DNA of 64,000 bases from Planctomycetota bacterium (GCA_965228735.1 OZ245838.1:1376001-1440000); one strand, 5' to 3'. Positions 36,830 through 49,270 are shown, counted from the stretch's first letter. Translations and numbers: made by a program. The notes: generated from the letters alone by a model not told the origin.

Positions 36830-38788
36830 TCAGTCCTTCCCCGCTTCGGCGGACAGGTGATTCTCAGTGTAGTCGGCGACGAGCTTGGCGAGCTCCGGCT
36901 GCCCGGCCTTCGTGAACGCGTTGGCCAACGCCTGCAGTCGTTCCAGTTCGGCCCCCTGCTGCTCGGCATCGAGCGCAGCGAGCCGCGCGTTGGCCTTGTC
37001 GCGCAGTTCGGCGGCGACCGGCCGCGCCTGCATCGGCGCTTCGCCGTAGAGCTCGTGCAGCCGCTCAACGCCGGCCCGAACGCGCGCGAATCCGCCGCGC
37101 GTGTCGAAGAACTCGGCTTCGTTGAGGTCGCGCTGCAGCGCGGCGACCCGATCGTCGAGCCCCGCGAGGATCTCGCCGCGCAACGTCGACGCCTCGCGCA
37201 GGACCTCGCTGCTGTGGGGTGCCTCCTGCTGCAGTTGATCGAGCAATGCCAGCGCCGCGGCCGGATCGTTCGCGTCGCGCCTGGCGCTCGCCTGCCGGAA
37301 CAGCTCGCCGCCCTGTTGCTTCTGCGCGCGGAAGCCGACGACGAAGTCGACCTCGGTGGCCGCGACGTCGACCCGGTACAGGCCACCGCCGAGCTGACGC
37401 GTGACGGCGCAGGGCGCCGCCGTGCGCAACAGCACGCGCGTCCTCTTACCGCCGACGAGCAGCTCCACGAGCTGATCGTTGCCGGCCGCGGCCACGGAAG
37501 CGAACGGCCCGCCGCTCGCCCTGCGCGCGAGCACCTGACCAGCAGCGTCGGCCGGAAAGACGAACCGCATGCCGGTGACGTCGCCGCCGCTCACGGCCAA
37601 TGCGATGTGGCGCTCCTCGGCCGTTGCCGTGAGGCTCGCGCCCAGATCGGACAACACGCAGAGATCGGCCGCGTGCAGCTGCCGGAACGCCGCGGGCACG
37701 GCACTCGGCGCCAAGCCGGCGAGCGTGACCTCCGCCGACTGCACGAACAGCGCGCAGCCGGTGCCCGTCGCGGTCTGACCGCCTTCTTCGATCGTGATCT
37801 GCGTCGGTTCCGCAGCCCCCGCCTCGGTCACCGCGACGTCGTCGACGTAGGCCACCGAGTCGCCGTCGGGCAGCAGCGCGACGACTTCGAGCGTGAGCTG
37901 ATCGCAGCCCGGCGGCACCGCGAGCTGCACCTCGACGCGCTCCCAGCCGGCGTGCGCCGCGATCGCGCTGCCGCTGCGAAAGCGCAGCAGGCCGGTCTCG
38001 TCGCGGCTCTGCGAGAACACCGCGCGGACCCCGGCGAGCGCCTTCCCCTCGGTCCGCAGGTGGGCCGCGATCGTGAGGCTGCGACCCGACAACACGGCGA
38101 CCGGCTCGGTCGGCGACGCGATCGCGTAGTCGGTGTCGTTGCCTTCGACGCGCAGTGCCTCGAGCGCGCCCTTGCCGCTGTTGCTGAGCCCGCTCGCCTG
38201 GAACGCGAGGCCGTGCGCCCCGAGGTTCCAACCGTCGGGCGCTTCGCAGTTGCCGACGTCGCCGGGGAGCTTGTTGCCGCTGACGACGAGCGCCGCCTTC
38301 TGCTCGGCCGCGGGCACCCCGGGCGTCGCCGCGTTCTGCTGCTGGCTGTCCCACCAGAAGTAGCCGCCGACCCCACCCGCGACGAGCACGAGCAGCGCGA
38401 TGAGCGCGACCGGACTGCCGCGCTTCTGCAATCGACCGGCGTCGAGCCGATGCATCGACAGCTCTTCGCTGTCGGAGCTGCCGGCGGCGGGTTCGGAATC
38501 GTCGCCGAAGCGAACGCGCAGGCGCCCGATCGTGACGACGTCGCCGACGCTCAGAACGATCTCGGTGACGCGCTTGCCGTCGAGGAACGTGCCGTTCGTC
38601 GAACCGAGATCGCGCAGCACGTGCCGATCGCCTTCCATGACGATCTCGGCGTGCACGCCCGAGGTCTTCTCGTCCGCGAGAACGAGATCGTTCGCGGGCT
38701 TTCGACCGATACGCAACGCCCCGTCGGGAACGGGTAGAACCTCGCCAGCGCGATCCCCATCGAGGATCTCGAGGACGTATTTGACCAT
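36830..38788 (-). CDS. FHA domain membrane protein with periplasmic carbohydrate-binding-like and helical domains
   Basis: IGRKPANDLVL..TSGVHAEI..DLGSTNGTFLDG; TM; WERVEVQLAVPPG..YVDDV. Confidence 0.85.
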   Translation of the reverse strand: MVKYVLEILDGDRAGEVLPVPDGALRIGRKPANDLVLADEKTSGVHAEIVMEGDRHVLRDLGSTNGTFLDGKRVTEIVLSVGDVVTIGRLRVRFGDDSEPAAGSSDSEELSMHRLDAGRLQKRGSPVALIALLVLVAGGVGGYFWWDSQQQNAATPGVPAAEQKAALVVSGNKLPGDVGNCEAPDGWNLGAHGLAFQASGLSNSGKGALEALRVEGNDTDYAIASPTEPVAVLSGRSLTIAAHLRTEGKALAGVRAVFSQSRDETGLLRFRSGSAIAAHAGWERVEVQLAVPPGCDQLTLEVVALLPDGDSVAYVDDVAVTEAGAAEPTQITIEEGGQTATGTGCALFVQSAEVTLAGLAPSAVPAAFRQLHAADLCVLSDLGASLTATAEERHIALAVSGGDVTGMRFVFPADAAGQVLARRASGGPFASVAAAGNDQLVELLVGGKRTRVLLRTAAPCAVTRQLGGGLYRVDVAATEVDFVVGFRAQKQQGGELFRQASARRDANDPAAALALLDQLQQEAPHSSEVLREASTLRGEILAGLDDRVAALQRDLNEAEFFDTRGGFARVRAGVERLHELYGEAPMQARPVAAELRDKANARLAALDAEQQGAELERLQALANAFTKAGQPELAKLVADYTENHLSAEAGKD

Positions 38789-39065
38789 ACGAATTAGAGG
38801 GGTCACGTCCGAGGGCCACGACAAGGCCGTGGCCTGCGAACGCCGGGATAGATGCCGGAGAGAGGGTCCGGTGGGGACCGGACGGGAGAACTTGGGGGCC
38901 AGACGCTTCCAGGAGCCGGACGCGCCCGCAACCGGCCGAGGGGCGGCGGCTGAGTGCGGACCCGCACAGGGTAACCGGAACCACCGTACCCGCAAGTGGA
39001 CGGATGCCCGAGGACCGGAAAAGACGGCGGGTTCGGGCGGCCCAGCGCTACAACCGGCCGACGGT

Positions 39066-39833
39066 ATGGCGCAGCGCTACTTCGTGGACGAGCTCCCCGA
39101 GCCCGGCTCCTTCGAGCTCACGGGCGACCTCGCGCACCATCTCCGCACCGTCCTGCGCAGCAAACCCGGCCAGGAGATCCGGCTCGCCGACGGCCGCGGT
39201 GGCACGGCCCGCGCCGGCATCGTCGCCGTGGATCGGCGCGCCGTGACGCTGCAGGTCGCCCCGAGCGAGCGGCAGCCCGCGCCCGCCCGGCGGCTGCACC
39301 TCGCGGTCTCGCCACCACGCAAGACCCGCGCCGACTGGCTGTTCGAGCACGGCACCGAGGTCGGCGTCAGCGTGTTCTGGCCGATCTGGACCCGCCGCAC
39401 GCGGCCGCAGGGCGAGAAGCCCGACCGCTGGGAACGACTCGTCCGGGCCGCCGCGGGCCAGTGTAACCGCGCCTGGCTGCCCGTCGTGCAGCCGGTCAGC
39501 GAGCTCGAAGACTTCCTGGCGCGCCGGGACCTGCCGGAGCAGCGTTACATCGCCGACCGCGACGGTGAGCTGCCGCCCGCGGTCGCGCCCGTTCTCACGG
39601 GCAGCGGGCCAGCTACGAGCAAGCCGCGCGACCGGGGCGACGTGCTCCTGCTCGTCGGGCCCGAGGGCGGCTTCGCGGCCGAGGAACGCGAGACCGCGCT
39701 CGCCGCGGGGTTCACGCCGCTGCGCCTCGGCAATCACGTACTGCGAACCGAAACCGCAGCACTCGTCGGCGCGGCGCTGCTGGGACTCGATCTCGACCGC
39801 CACACCGGCGCCGGCGCGCCGGACGATTCCTGA
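39066..39833 (+). CDS. rsmE: 16S rRNA m3U1498 methyltransferase RsmE
   Basis: HHLRTVLR, GTEVGV, AAGQCNR, VGPEGGF, LGNHVLRTETA. Confidence 0.93.
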   Translation: MAQRYFVDELPEPGSFELTGDLAHHLRTVLRSKPGQEIRLADGRGGTARAGIVAVDRRAVTLQVAPSERQPAPARRLHLAVSPPRKTRADWLFEHGTEVGVSVFWPIWTRRTRPQGEKPDRWERLVRAAAGQCNRAWLPVVQPVSELEDFLARRDLPEQRYIADRDGELPPAVAPVLTGSGPATSKPRDRGDVLLLVGPEGGFAAEERETALAAGFTPLRLGNHVLRTETAALVGAALLGLDLDRHTGAGAPDDS

Positions 39834-40022
39834 GGGCCGCGCGTTTCGCCAGCCGCCGCCTGGGCCAGACAGCGAACTCCAACGCATTCGCTGATAGGCT
39901 ATCCGGCGGGAGTCCGCGTCGCGCGCAGGCTCCCACATTCGACCCAGCGGCCCGGATGGGCCGGTCGCACCGTCGGCAAACGGCTACGCCGGGCGCCGCC
40001 CGCGAACCGATACGACGGATTC

Positions 40023-40051
40023 GGAACCTGCGACCGCGCCCCCGCGTCCAA
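40023..40051 (+). promoter_or_regulatory. ECF sigma-factor-type promoter (GGAACC-N16-CGTCCAA)
   Basis: Matches GGAAC/GTC ECF consensus with 16-nt spacer, ends 17 nt before ATG 40069. Confidence 0.6.
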
Positions 40052-40068
40052 TCGGGCGTTCGCCAGCC

Positions 40069-41439
40069 ATGCATCTGCAACCTGCCCTCGATTCCCCCGC
40101 CCTTCGTCCCGCCACGGGGCGCGTGGCCCTGACCGCGACCCTGCTCGCGACCGCCGCCGGCTTCGCGATCCCGGGCACCGGCCTGGCGCGCGCCCAGGCG
40201 CAGCCGTTCGATCGCGCGATCGTCGTATCCCAGCCCAACGTGGCCGGGTCGACCGTGGTCTGGGAGGTCGACCTGCAGACCGGCGCGTTCACCGCGCTGC
40301 CGCCGTTCTCGACGGACGCGTTCTCGCCGCTCGCCGTGGTCGCCGACCCGGTCGACAAGAGCCTGATCGTCGCGTTGGATCGCGGCACGCAGAGTCAGAT
40401 CATGCGGCGCCGCTACGGGGCCAACCCGACGGAGGCGCTGCTCGCGACCGTGCCCGGTCGCGTCGAAGACCTGCTCATCGACCGGTTCGGCGACGTCACG
40501 CTCGTCATCGGCGGCAGCGCGGGCGGCGTCTTCCGGCTCGACCGACTCACGGGCGCGCTCGCGACCGTGCGCAGCATGCCGTTCGCGACCGCTGCCGCGA
40601 CGCTGCAGGACCTCGCGTGGTACGCGGTGATCGGCACTTCTGGCGCGGCCAACCCACCGCGGGATCCGCAGCTCGGCAACCTCGACCTCGGGGACGGCGC
40701 GTGGCTGCAGGGCCCGACGACGCTCACGGGCTTCACGCCGCGCGGCATCGTCGGCATGGTCGACATGCCGACCGCGGTGCCGCGCCAGATCCTCGCGCAC
40801 GAGACCGGCGACATGTCGATCTACTCGTGGGGCACGGCGAGCAACCCGCTGCTCGCGACGGTCACGCCGACGCTGCCGCCCGGCGGCATCGCGGCGATGA
40901 AGGCGCACGGCGGCCCCGCGTTCGTGCTCGGCGGCGCGGTCAACCCCAACCTCTACACGTTCGATCCGACGACGGCGATCGGCGGCGGCGTCGCGCTGAC
41001 GATGGTCGCCGGGCCGCTGCCCGCGATCCCGGTCGACTTCACGATCATGCCGCTCGCTGCGGCCAGCCTCGTCACGTTCGGGCGCCCGTGCGGCGGCGCG
41101 GCCGAGCTGCGGATCGGGCAGACACCGAACGGTCCGCCCCAGCTCGGCAACGCGACGTTCGGCGTCGCCCTGCGGCAGGCGGAGCCGAACGGGTTGGCCT
41201 GGCTCGCGCTCGGCTTCGGCGAGACGACGTTCCCGTTCCCGAACGGTTGCGAGCTGCGCGTCACGCTCGACGCGGTCGTCGCGGCGCAGACGGACAGCAC
41301 GGGCGACGCGAGCGCCACGATCCCGATCCCCAACCTCGCGAGCCTGCTCGGCGTGCGGTTCTTCGGCGAATGGCTGCAGCCGGACAACCTCCTGCCGTTC
41401 ATGACGAGCGACCTCGCGCGGATCGAGATCGGTCTCTGA
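40069..41439 (+). CDS. Exported beta-propeller-like protein with ~120-aa C-terminal domain
   Basis: Signal ending ARAQA-Q; beta-rich repeats; C-terminal GRPCG..PPQLG..GCEL..IPIPNLASLLG.. Confidence 0.75.
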   Translation: MHLQPALDSPALRPATGRVALTATLLATAAGFAIPGTGLARAQAQPFDRAIVVSQPNVAGSTVVWEVDLQTGAFTALPPFSTDAFSPLAVVADPVDKSLIVALDRGTQSQIMRRRYGANPTEALLATVPGRVEDLLIDRFGDVTLVIGGSAGGVFRLDRLTGALATVRSMPFATAAATLQDLAWYAVIGTSGAANPPRDPQLGNLDLGDGAWLQGPTTLTGFTPRGIVGMVDMPTAVPRQILAHETGDMSIYSWGTASNPLLATVTPTLPPGGIAAMKAHGGPAFVLGGAVNPNLYTFDPTTAIGGGVALTMVAGPLPAIPVDFTIMPLAAASLVTFGRPCGGAAELRIGQTPNGPPQLGNATFGVALRQAEPNGLAWLALGFGETTFPFPNGCELRVTLDAVVAAQTDSTGDASATIPIPNLASLLGVRFFGEWLQPDNLLPFMTSDLARIEIGL

Positions 41440-41463
41440 TCGCGTCGCACGGTGCGCGACGCG

Positions 41464-43476
41464 CTACTCGGGCAGCACCTGCCCGACCGCCGCGACGAAG
41501 TGCGGCACCGGGTCGACGAGATCGATGTCGATGCGATCGAACGTGACCGCGCGTTCGAGGTCGACGACGTGCGGCACGAGCCCGAGCAGCTGCGACACGG
41601 CGAGCAGATCGACCGCGACGTCGGCCGCGGGCGCCGCGTCCCCGGCGGAGCAGCGGATGCGATACCGGAAGCCCCCGGCGAGCTGCATCGCGATGCGACT
41701 CGCGGTCACCGCGGTGGCGAACGTCACGCGCAGGCCGCCGCGCTGCACGACGCGCACACGGTCGTCGTCGAACCACAGCGCGCCGACGCCGGGCAAGGTC
41801 GACGGTCGCACCGACGCGACGGCGCTGCCGGCGACCTCCCGCCGTGCCGGGGTCAGGTACGGGCCTGCGGCGTAGCTCTCGAGTTCGGCATCGAACGCAC
41901 CCGACCACAGCTGCCACAGCGCGGACCACCGCTCACCGGCGAACAACTCCCCCGCCGTCGCCTGGCGCAACGCGTCGTAGTAGCGGCGCAGTCCCGGATC
42001 GACGATGCGGTTGTCGCCGAACGCGATCGACTCGAGATAGCCGGCCGGGATCTCGCGCGGGATGTGGCCGACGCGCCACTCCGCGGTCGGGCTCGCGGGC
42101 AGGCGCGCGAGCAGCGCATCGCAGAGCAGCGGATCGAAGAAGCGCATCAGCGTCCCGCCTTCGAACGCGTAGATGCCGGCCTTGCCGGCCGAGGCGACGA
42201 GCGGGCGGGTCCGGCCGAGCTGCTGCAGCGACGCGGTCGCGCCGCCCGGCACCGGAATGTCTCGGGTCGGGGCGAACAACCCGACCTCGCGCACGTAGGC
42301 GCTGCGTTCGTCGAGGATGCCGCGGTGATGCCAGACCGGTTCGGTCTCGGACGCGGGCGCCACGAGCCACTTCGGAACGCCGCCGATGAAGCCGAGCGCG
42401 GCCGCCAGGATCATCGCGAGCGCCGCGAGCCAGCGTCGGGACGGCACTGCGAACATGGGGGTCAGCAGCGCGAGCGCGACGAAGAACGGCGGCGAGAAGA
42501 ACCGTCCCGCCATGAAATCGCCGCCGACCTTGACGATGTAGGCAACGTAGGCGAGCACGCCGACAGCGAGCCACCGGCTGCCCGCGCGCGGGTGCAAGAA
42601 CGCGCTGACCACACCCGCGCCGATCACGAGCAGCGTGAGCGGATCGTAGAGCACCATGAACACGACGTGGTGCAGGCCCTGCTCCAACATCGTGAGCGCC
42701 GGCAATCCGTGACTCAGCTTGGCATACGCCGTGATCGGCAGCGGCGTGCCGTAGTAGACCGTCGCGAACAGCAGCCACAGCCACAGCGGCAGGAGGCCGA
42801 GCAGGCACGCGATGCTCCACCGGGCGACGCCGGCCGCCCGCAGCGTCGACAGCAGCACCGGTCCGGCGAGCACGACGAGGTCGAGGCGCGTGGTCGCGAG
42901 CAGACCGACGAGCACCGCGAGGCGGCGCGTCTTCCGAACGGCGGCGGCGGCGCGAGCGTCACCTGCAAGGGACAAATCGGCCGGCCGCGATTCGACCGCG
43001 AGAACGAGGAACGCCAGCAGGGCGAACGTGAGCGGGTTCTCGAGTCCGGACACGGCGAACTCGGTGAACGCCCGCGACCAGAGCAACAGCCACATGACCA
43101 CCGCCGCGGCGACCGCGCCGCCGCTCCGACCACCGGATCGGTCGCCGCACCGGCCGGCGCGGAGAGCGAGCAGCGCCACGGCCGTGATCGCGAGCAGGTA
43201 CGACAGCGCGATCGTGCCGAAGTAGCACTCCCCCGTGCACAGCCGCGCGCCCGTGAGCAGCAGCATCCACAGCGGGTGCGTGTAGCACTGCAGCCGTTCG
43301 CCGGCGTTCCACACGGCACCGTGCCCGGTCGCGATGTTCTCGACGGTGCGCAGCGTGATGTAGGTGTCGTCCCCGACCCAGGCGAGGCGCAGCAGCACCG
43401 CGGCGAGCACGACGCCGATCAGCAACGCTGCGATGATCCAGGCCACGCGGGCTTGCGGCGACGAGAACGACGACAT
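41464..43476 (-). CDS. GT-C fold membrane glycosyltransferase, AftB-like
   Basis: WVGDDTYITLRTVEN..GHGAVWNAGERLQCYTHPLW, SGLENPL, TRLDL, YYGTPLPITAYAK, GGDFMAGRF, GHIPR. Confidence 0.8.
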   Translation of the reverse strand: MSSFSSPQARVAWIIAALLIGVVLAAVLLRLAWVGDDTYITLRTVENIATGHGAVWNAGERLQCYTHPLWMLLLTGARLCTGECYFGTIALSYLLAITAVALLALRAGRCGDRSGGRSGGAVAAAVVMWLLLWSRAFTEFAVSGLENPLTFALLAFLVLAVESRPADLSLAGDARAAAAVRKTRRLAVLVGLLATTRLDLVVLAGPVLLSTLRAAGVARWSIACLLGLLPLWLWLLFATVYYGTPLPITAYAKLSHGLPALTMLEQGLHHVVFMVLYDPLTLLVIGAGVVSAFLHPRAGSRWLAVGVLAYVAYIVKVGGDFMAGRFFSPPFFVALALLTPMFAVPSRRWLAALAMILAAALGFIGGVPKWLVAPASETEPVWHHRGILDERSAYVREVGLFAPTRDIPVPGGATASLQQLGRTRPLVASAGKAGIYAFEGGTLMRFFDPLLCDALLARLPASPTAEWRVGHIPREIPAGYLESIAFGDNRIVDPGLRRYYDALRQATAGELFAGERWSALWQLWSGAFDAELESYAAGPYLTPARREVAGSAVASVRPSTLPGVGALWFDDDRVRVVQRGGLRVTFATAVTASRIAMQLAGGFRYRIRCSAGDAAPAADVAVDLLAVSQLLGLVPHVVDLERAVTFDRIDIDLVDPVPHFVAAVGQVLPE

Positions 43477-43598
43477 CGGCGTGCCGTGATACGGCCGTGC
43501 CCGGCGCCAGCCAAGCGGCGACTGCCACGCAGCCATCCGGAAACGGATGCGCGGGAATCCCTTGCACCCGACCCACGCGATCCGTTGAGTGCCCGGCG

Positions 43599-46880
<3,282 letters not shown>

Positions 46881-46883
46881 CGG

Positions 46884-48041
46884 ATGGCGCTGCCCGAGAT
46901 CCGACTCAAGGTGAAGGCCACGGGGCGGCACCCGTGGTTCTACCGCAAGATGATCCAGAAGCCGTCGGCCCGGCTGCCGGCCGGCAGCCCCGTGCGCGTG
47001 CGCGATCGCGAGGGCCGGCTCGTCGGCAGCGGCTTCTACAACCCGCGCGCCGAGCTCGCGCTGCGCATGTTCAGCGACCGCGCCGTCGGCGCAGACGCCG
47101 TCGAGCAACACTTCGTTCAGGCGCTGAAGAACGCCGTCGAGCTGCGCGAACGCGTGCTCGATCTGCCGAGCGTGACCGACGCGTATCGTCTCGTGCACGC
47201 CGAGGCCGACGGCTTCCCCGGCGTCGTGATCGACAGGCTCGGCCAGGCGATCGTCGCGCAGGTCAGTTCGCTCGGCATGCTCGAGCGGCTCGAAGGCGCC
47301 GGCGAGTGGCTGCTGCGCCACTTCCAGGGCAGCCAGCTGCTGCTGTTGTTGGACAAGGACTGGTCGGTGCGCGAAGGGCTGCCCAAGGTGCCCCGGCCAG
47401 AGCCCGTGGCGACGACCGTGCAGGAGCACGGCATCACGTACGCGGTCACGGCCGGCACCGGGCACAAGACGGGGTTCTTCGCCGACCAGCGCGACAACCG
47501 CCAGCTCGTCCGGCAGCTCGCGCGCGGCAAGCGCGTGCTCGATCTGTGCTGCAACAGCGGCGGCTTCGCGCTCAACGCGGCCGCGGGCGGCGCCAAGCAC
47601 GTGCTCGCGGCCGACCTCGACGAGGCCATGGTCGCGCAGACGGAACACAACGCGGGGCAGAACGACCTGCGCCTCGAGGTCGCGCACGCCGACGCGTTCG
47701 ACCTGCTGCGCGACCTCGAACCGGCCCGGCACGACCTGATCGTGCTCGATCCGCCGAAGTGGGTCCGCGGCAAGGAAGAGCTCGAGGGCGGCCTGCGCCG
47801 CTACGCGGACCTGAATCGACTCGGCCTCGAGAAGGTCGCGCCGGGCGGCCTCGTCTTGACGTGCTCCTGTTCGGGCGCCGTCCGCGAGGGCGACTTCCTG
47901 CGGATGCTCACCGGCGCGGCCGCGCAGGCCCGGCGCGACGTGCGGGTGCTGCAGCTGCGCGGCGCCGGTGCCGATCACCCGGTCGCGCTCGAGTGCCCCG
48001 AGACGCGCTACCTCAAGGTCGCGCTATTGCAGGTGCGTTGA
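46884..48041 (+). CDS. rlmI: RlmI-like class I SAM-dependent rRNA methyltransferase
   Basis: HPWFY, RLVHAEADGFPG, GHKTGFFADQRDNR, VLDLCCNSGGF, LDPPK, TCSCS, DHPV..PETRYLK. Confidence 0.85.
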   Translation: MALPEIRLKVKATGRHPWFYRKMIQKPSARLPAGSPVRVRDREGRLVGSGFYNPRAELALRMFSDRAVGADAVEQHFVQALKNAVELRERVLDLPSVTDAYRLVHAEADGFPGVVIDRLGQAIVAQVSSLGMLERLEGAGEWLLRHFQGSQLLLLLDKDWSVREGLPKVPRPEPVATTVQEHGITYAVTAGTGHKTGFFADQRDNRQLVRQLARGKRVLDLCCNSGGFALNAAAGGAKHVLAADLDEAMVAQTEHNAGQNDLRLEVAHADAFDLLRDLEPARHDLIVLDPPKWVRGKEELEGGLRRYADLNRLGLEKVAPGGLVLTCSCSGAVREGDFLRMLTGAAAQARRDVRVLQLRGAGADHPVALECPETRYLKVALLQVR

Positions 48042-48058
48042 CGCACTGACGCTCGGGC

Positions 48059-48652
48059 TCAGTCAGAACCATCCTCGCCCCACGCGCGCACGAGCTCTTC
48101 GGACTCGTTCTCGACGCCGAGCGCGTCGGCGATGCGGTTGATGTAGTTGAAGTAGCCGATCACCTGCGCCGCGTCGTGGATCGCCGGATCCGAGAACCCG
48201 GCCGCGCGCAGATCCGTGACCGCGCGTTCCGATCGCGCTGCGGGACTCGTCGTCATGTGCTCGGCGAACGCGCACAGCGCCCGGTCCTCCGCGCGAAGCG
48301 CCGCATGCCGCCAATCGCGCGCCACTGCCTCGATCAGGGCGTCCGCGGCGTCCGCCGCAGCGCCGTCGTCGACCTCGGCCCGGAGGTCGTGGGCATGGGC
48401 GCGCGTTCAATAGACGCAGCCGTTGCGCCGGCTCGTGACGACGGCGAGAAGCTCGCGCTGCCAGCGCGACAGCTCGGACTCGCCGAACATCACGGCGCGA
48501 TACATCGCCATCGACGCCTTCAGCACCACCGGGTTCGGCGTCATGATCCGCACGATGTTCCAGACGCGACCGGCGCGCTTCCGCGCGAGTTCGAGCTCGC
48601 GCGCGGCCGCGCCGGTTGCCTCGGCGTCCTCGACCTGTCGAATGAACGGCAT
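48059..48652 (-). CDS. AhpD/carboxymuconolactone decarboxylase-family peroxidase-like protein, probable selenoprotein (CVYU, Sec82)
   Basis: ORFs 48407..48652 and 48059..48325 share a frame separated only by TGA 48407-48409; read-through gives RELLAVVTSRRNGCVY-U-TRAH...FNYINRIADALG. Confidence 0.85.
48370..48389 (-). promoter_or_regulatory. Candidate bacterial SECIS hairpin
   Basis: mRNA CGACCUC-CGGGCC-GAGGUCG; loop begins 24 nt after the UGA with G at loop position 2. Confidence 0.7.
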
Positions 48653-48676
48653 GGTCGTCTACTGTACCGCCGCCCG

Positions 48677-49270
48677 ATGACCGCGTTCGACGACATGCTG
48701 CAGAAGTGCCTCGATCCGGTCCCCGCGTCGTGGCCGGTGAGCGAGCGGCGCAACGCCGCCGTGCTGTGCCCCATCGTCGACCGGAACGGCGTCGATCACG
48801 CGCTGTTCACCGTGCGACCCGGCAACCTGCGACGGCACGCGGGCCAGATCGGCTTTCCGGGCGGCATGCAGGAGCTCGATGAGGCCCCGGCCACGACGGC
48901 ACTGCGCGAGTGCCACGAGGAGATCGGCGTGCCAGCGGACGCGGTTCAGCTGCTCGGCGCGGTCGCGACGCGCGAGAGTTCGTCGCGCATCGACGTGCAC
49001 TGCCTCGTGGGGCGGGTGGCGCCCGTCGAGCTCGTGCTCGCCGCGGACGAGGTCGAGCGCGTGATCTACGTGCCGATGCCCGAGTTGCTCGATCGCTCTC
49101 GCTGGGCCCAACGGCCACCGCCGATCCGCGTGAAAGGAACGCAGCCGCCGACGAGCCCGCACTTCCGCTTCGGCGACGACCTGCTCTGGGGCCTGACGGG
49201 CCGCTTCGTGTTCGAGCTCGTGACCCGCGTCGACGGCCCGGATCACTCGAAGACCGGCAGCGCGCAGTAG
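48677..49270 (+). CDS. NUDIX CoA pyrophosphatase (NudL/YeaB-like)
   Basis: AAVLCP, LFTVRPGNLRRHAGQIGFPGG, ALRECHEEIG, LWGLTG. Confidence 0.9.
   Translation: MTAFDDMLQKCLDPVPASWPVSERRNAAVLCPIVDRNGVDHALFTVRPGNLRRHAGQIGFPGGMQELDEAPATTALRECHEEIGVPADAVQLLGAVATRESSSRIDVHCLVGRVAPVELVLAADEVERVIYVPMPELLDRSRWAQRPPPIRVKGTQPPTSPHFRFGDDLLWGLTGRFVFELVTRVDGPDHSKTGSAQ

Noticed and set aside
38400..39065. Long N-terminal extensions in the ORF track (rsmE, pheT, pheS, glgA, rpmI, FHA, tricorn, several pilins)
   Set aside because: Extensions overlap other genes and precede the recognisable family N-termini; starts were trimmed accordingly
48059..48652. Pseudogene or two separate small genes
   Set aside because: The single TGA aligns with a catalytic Cys position and is followed by a SECIS-like hairpin; recoding is more parsimonious
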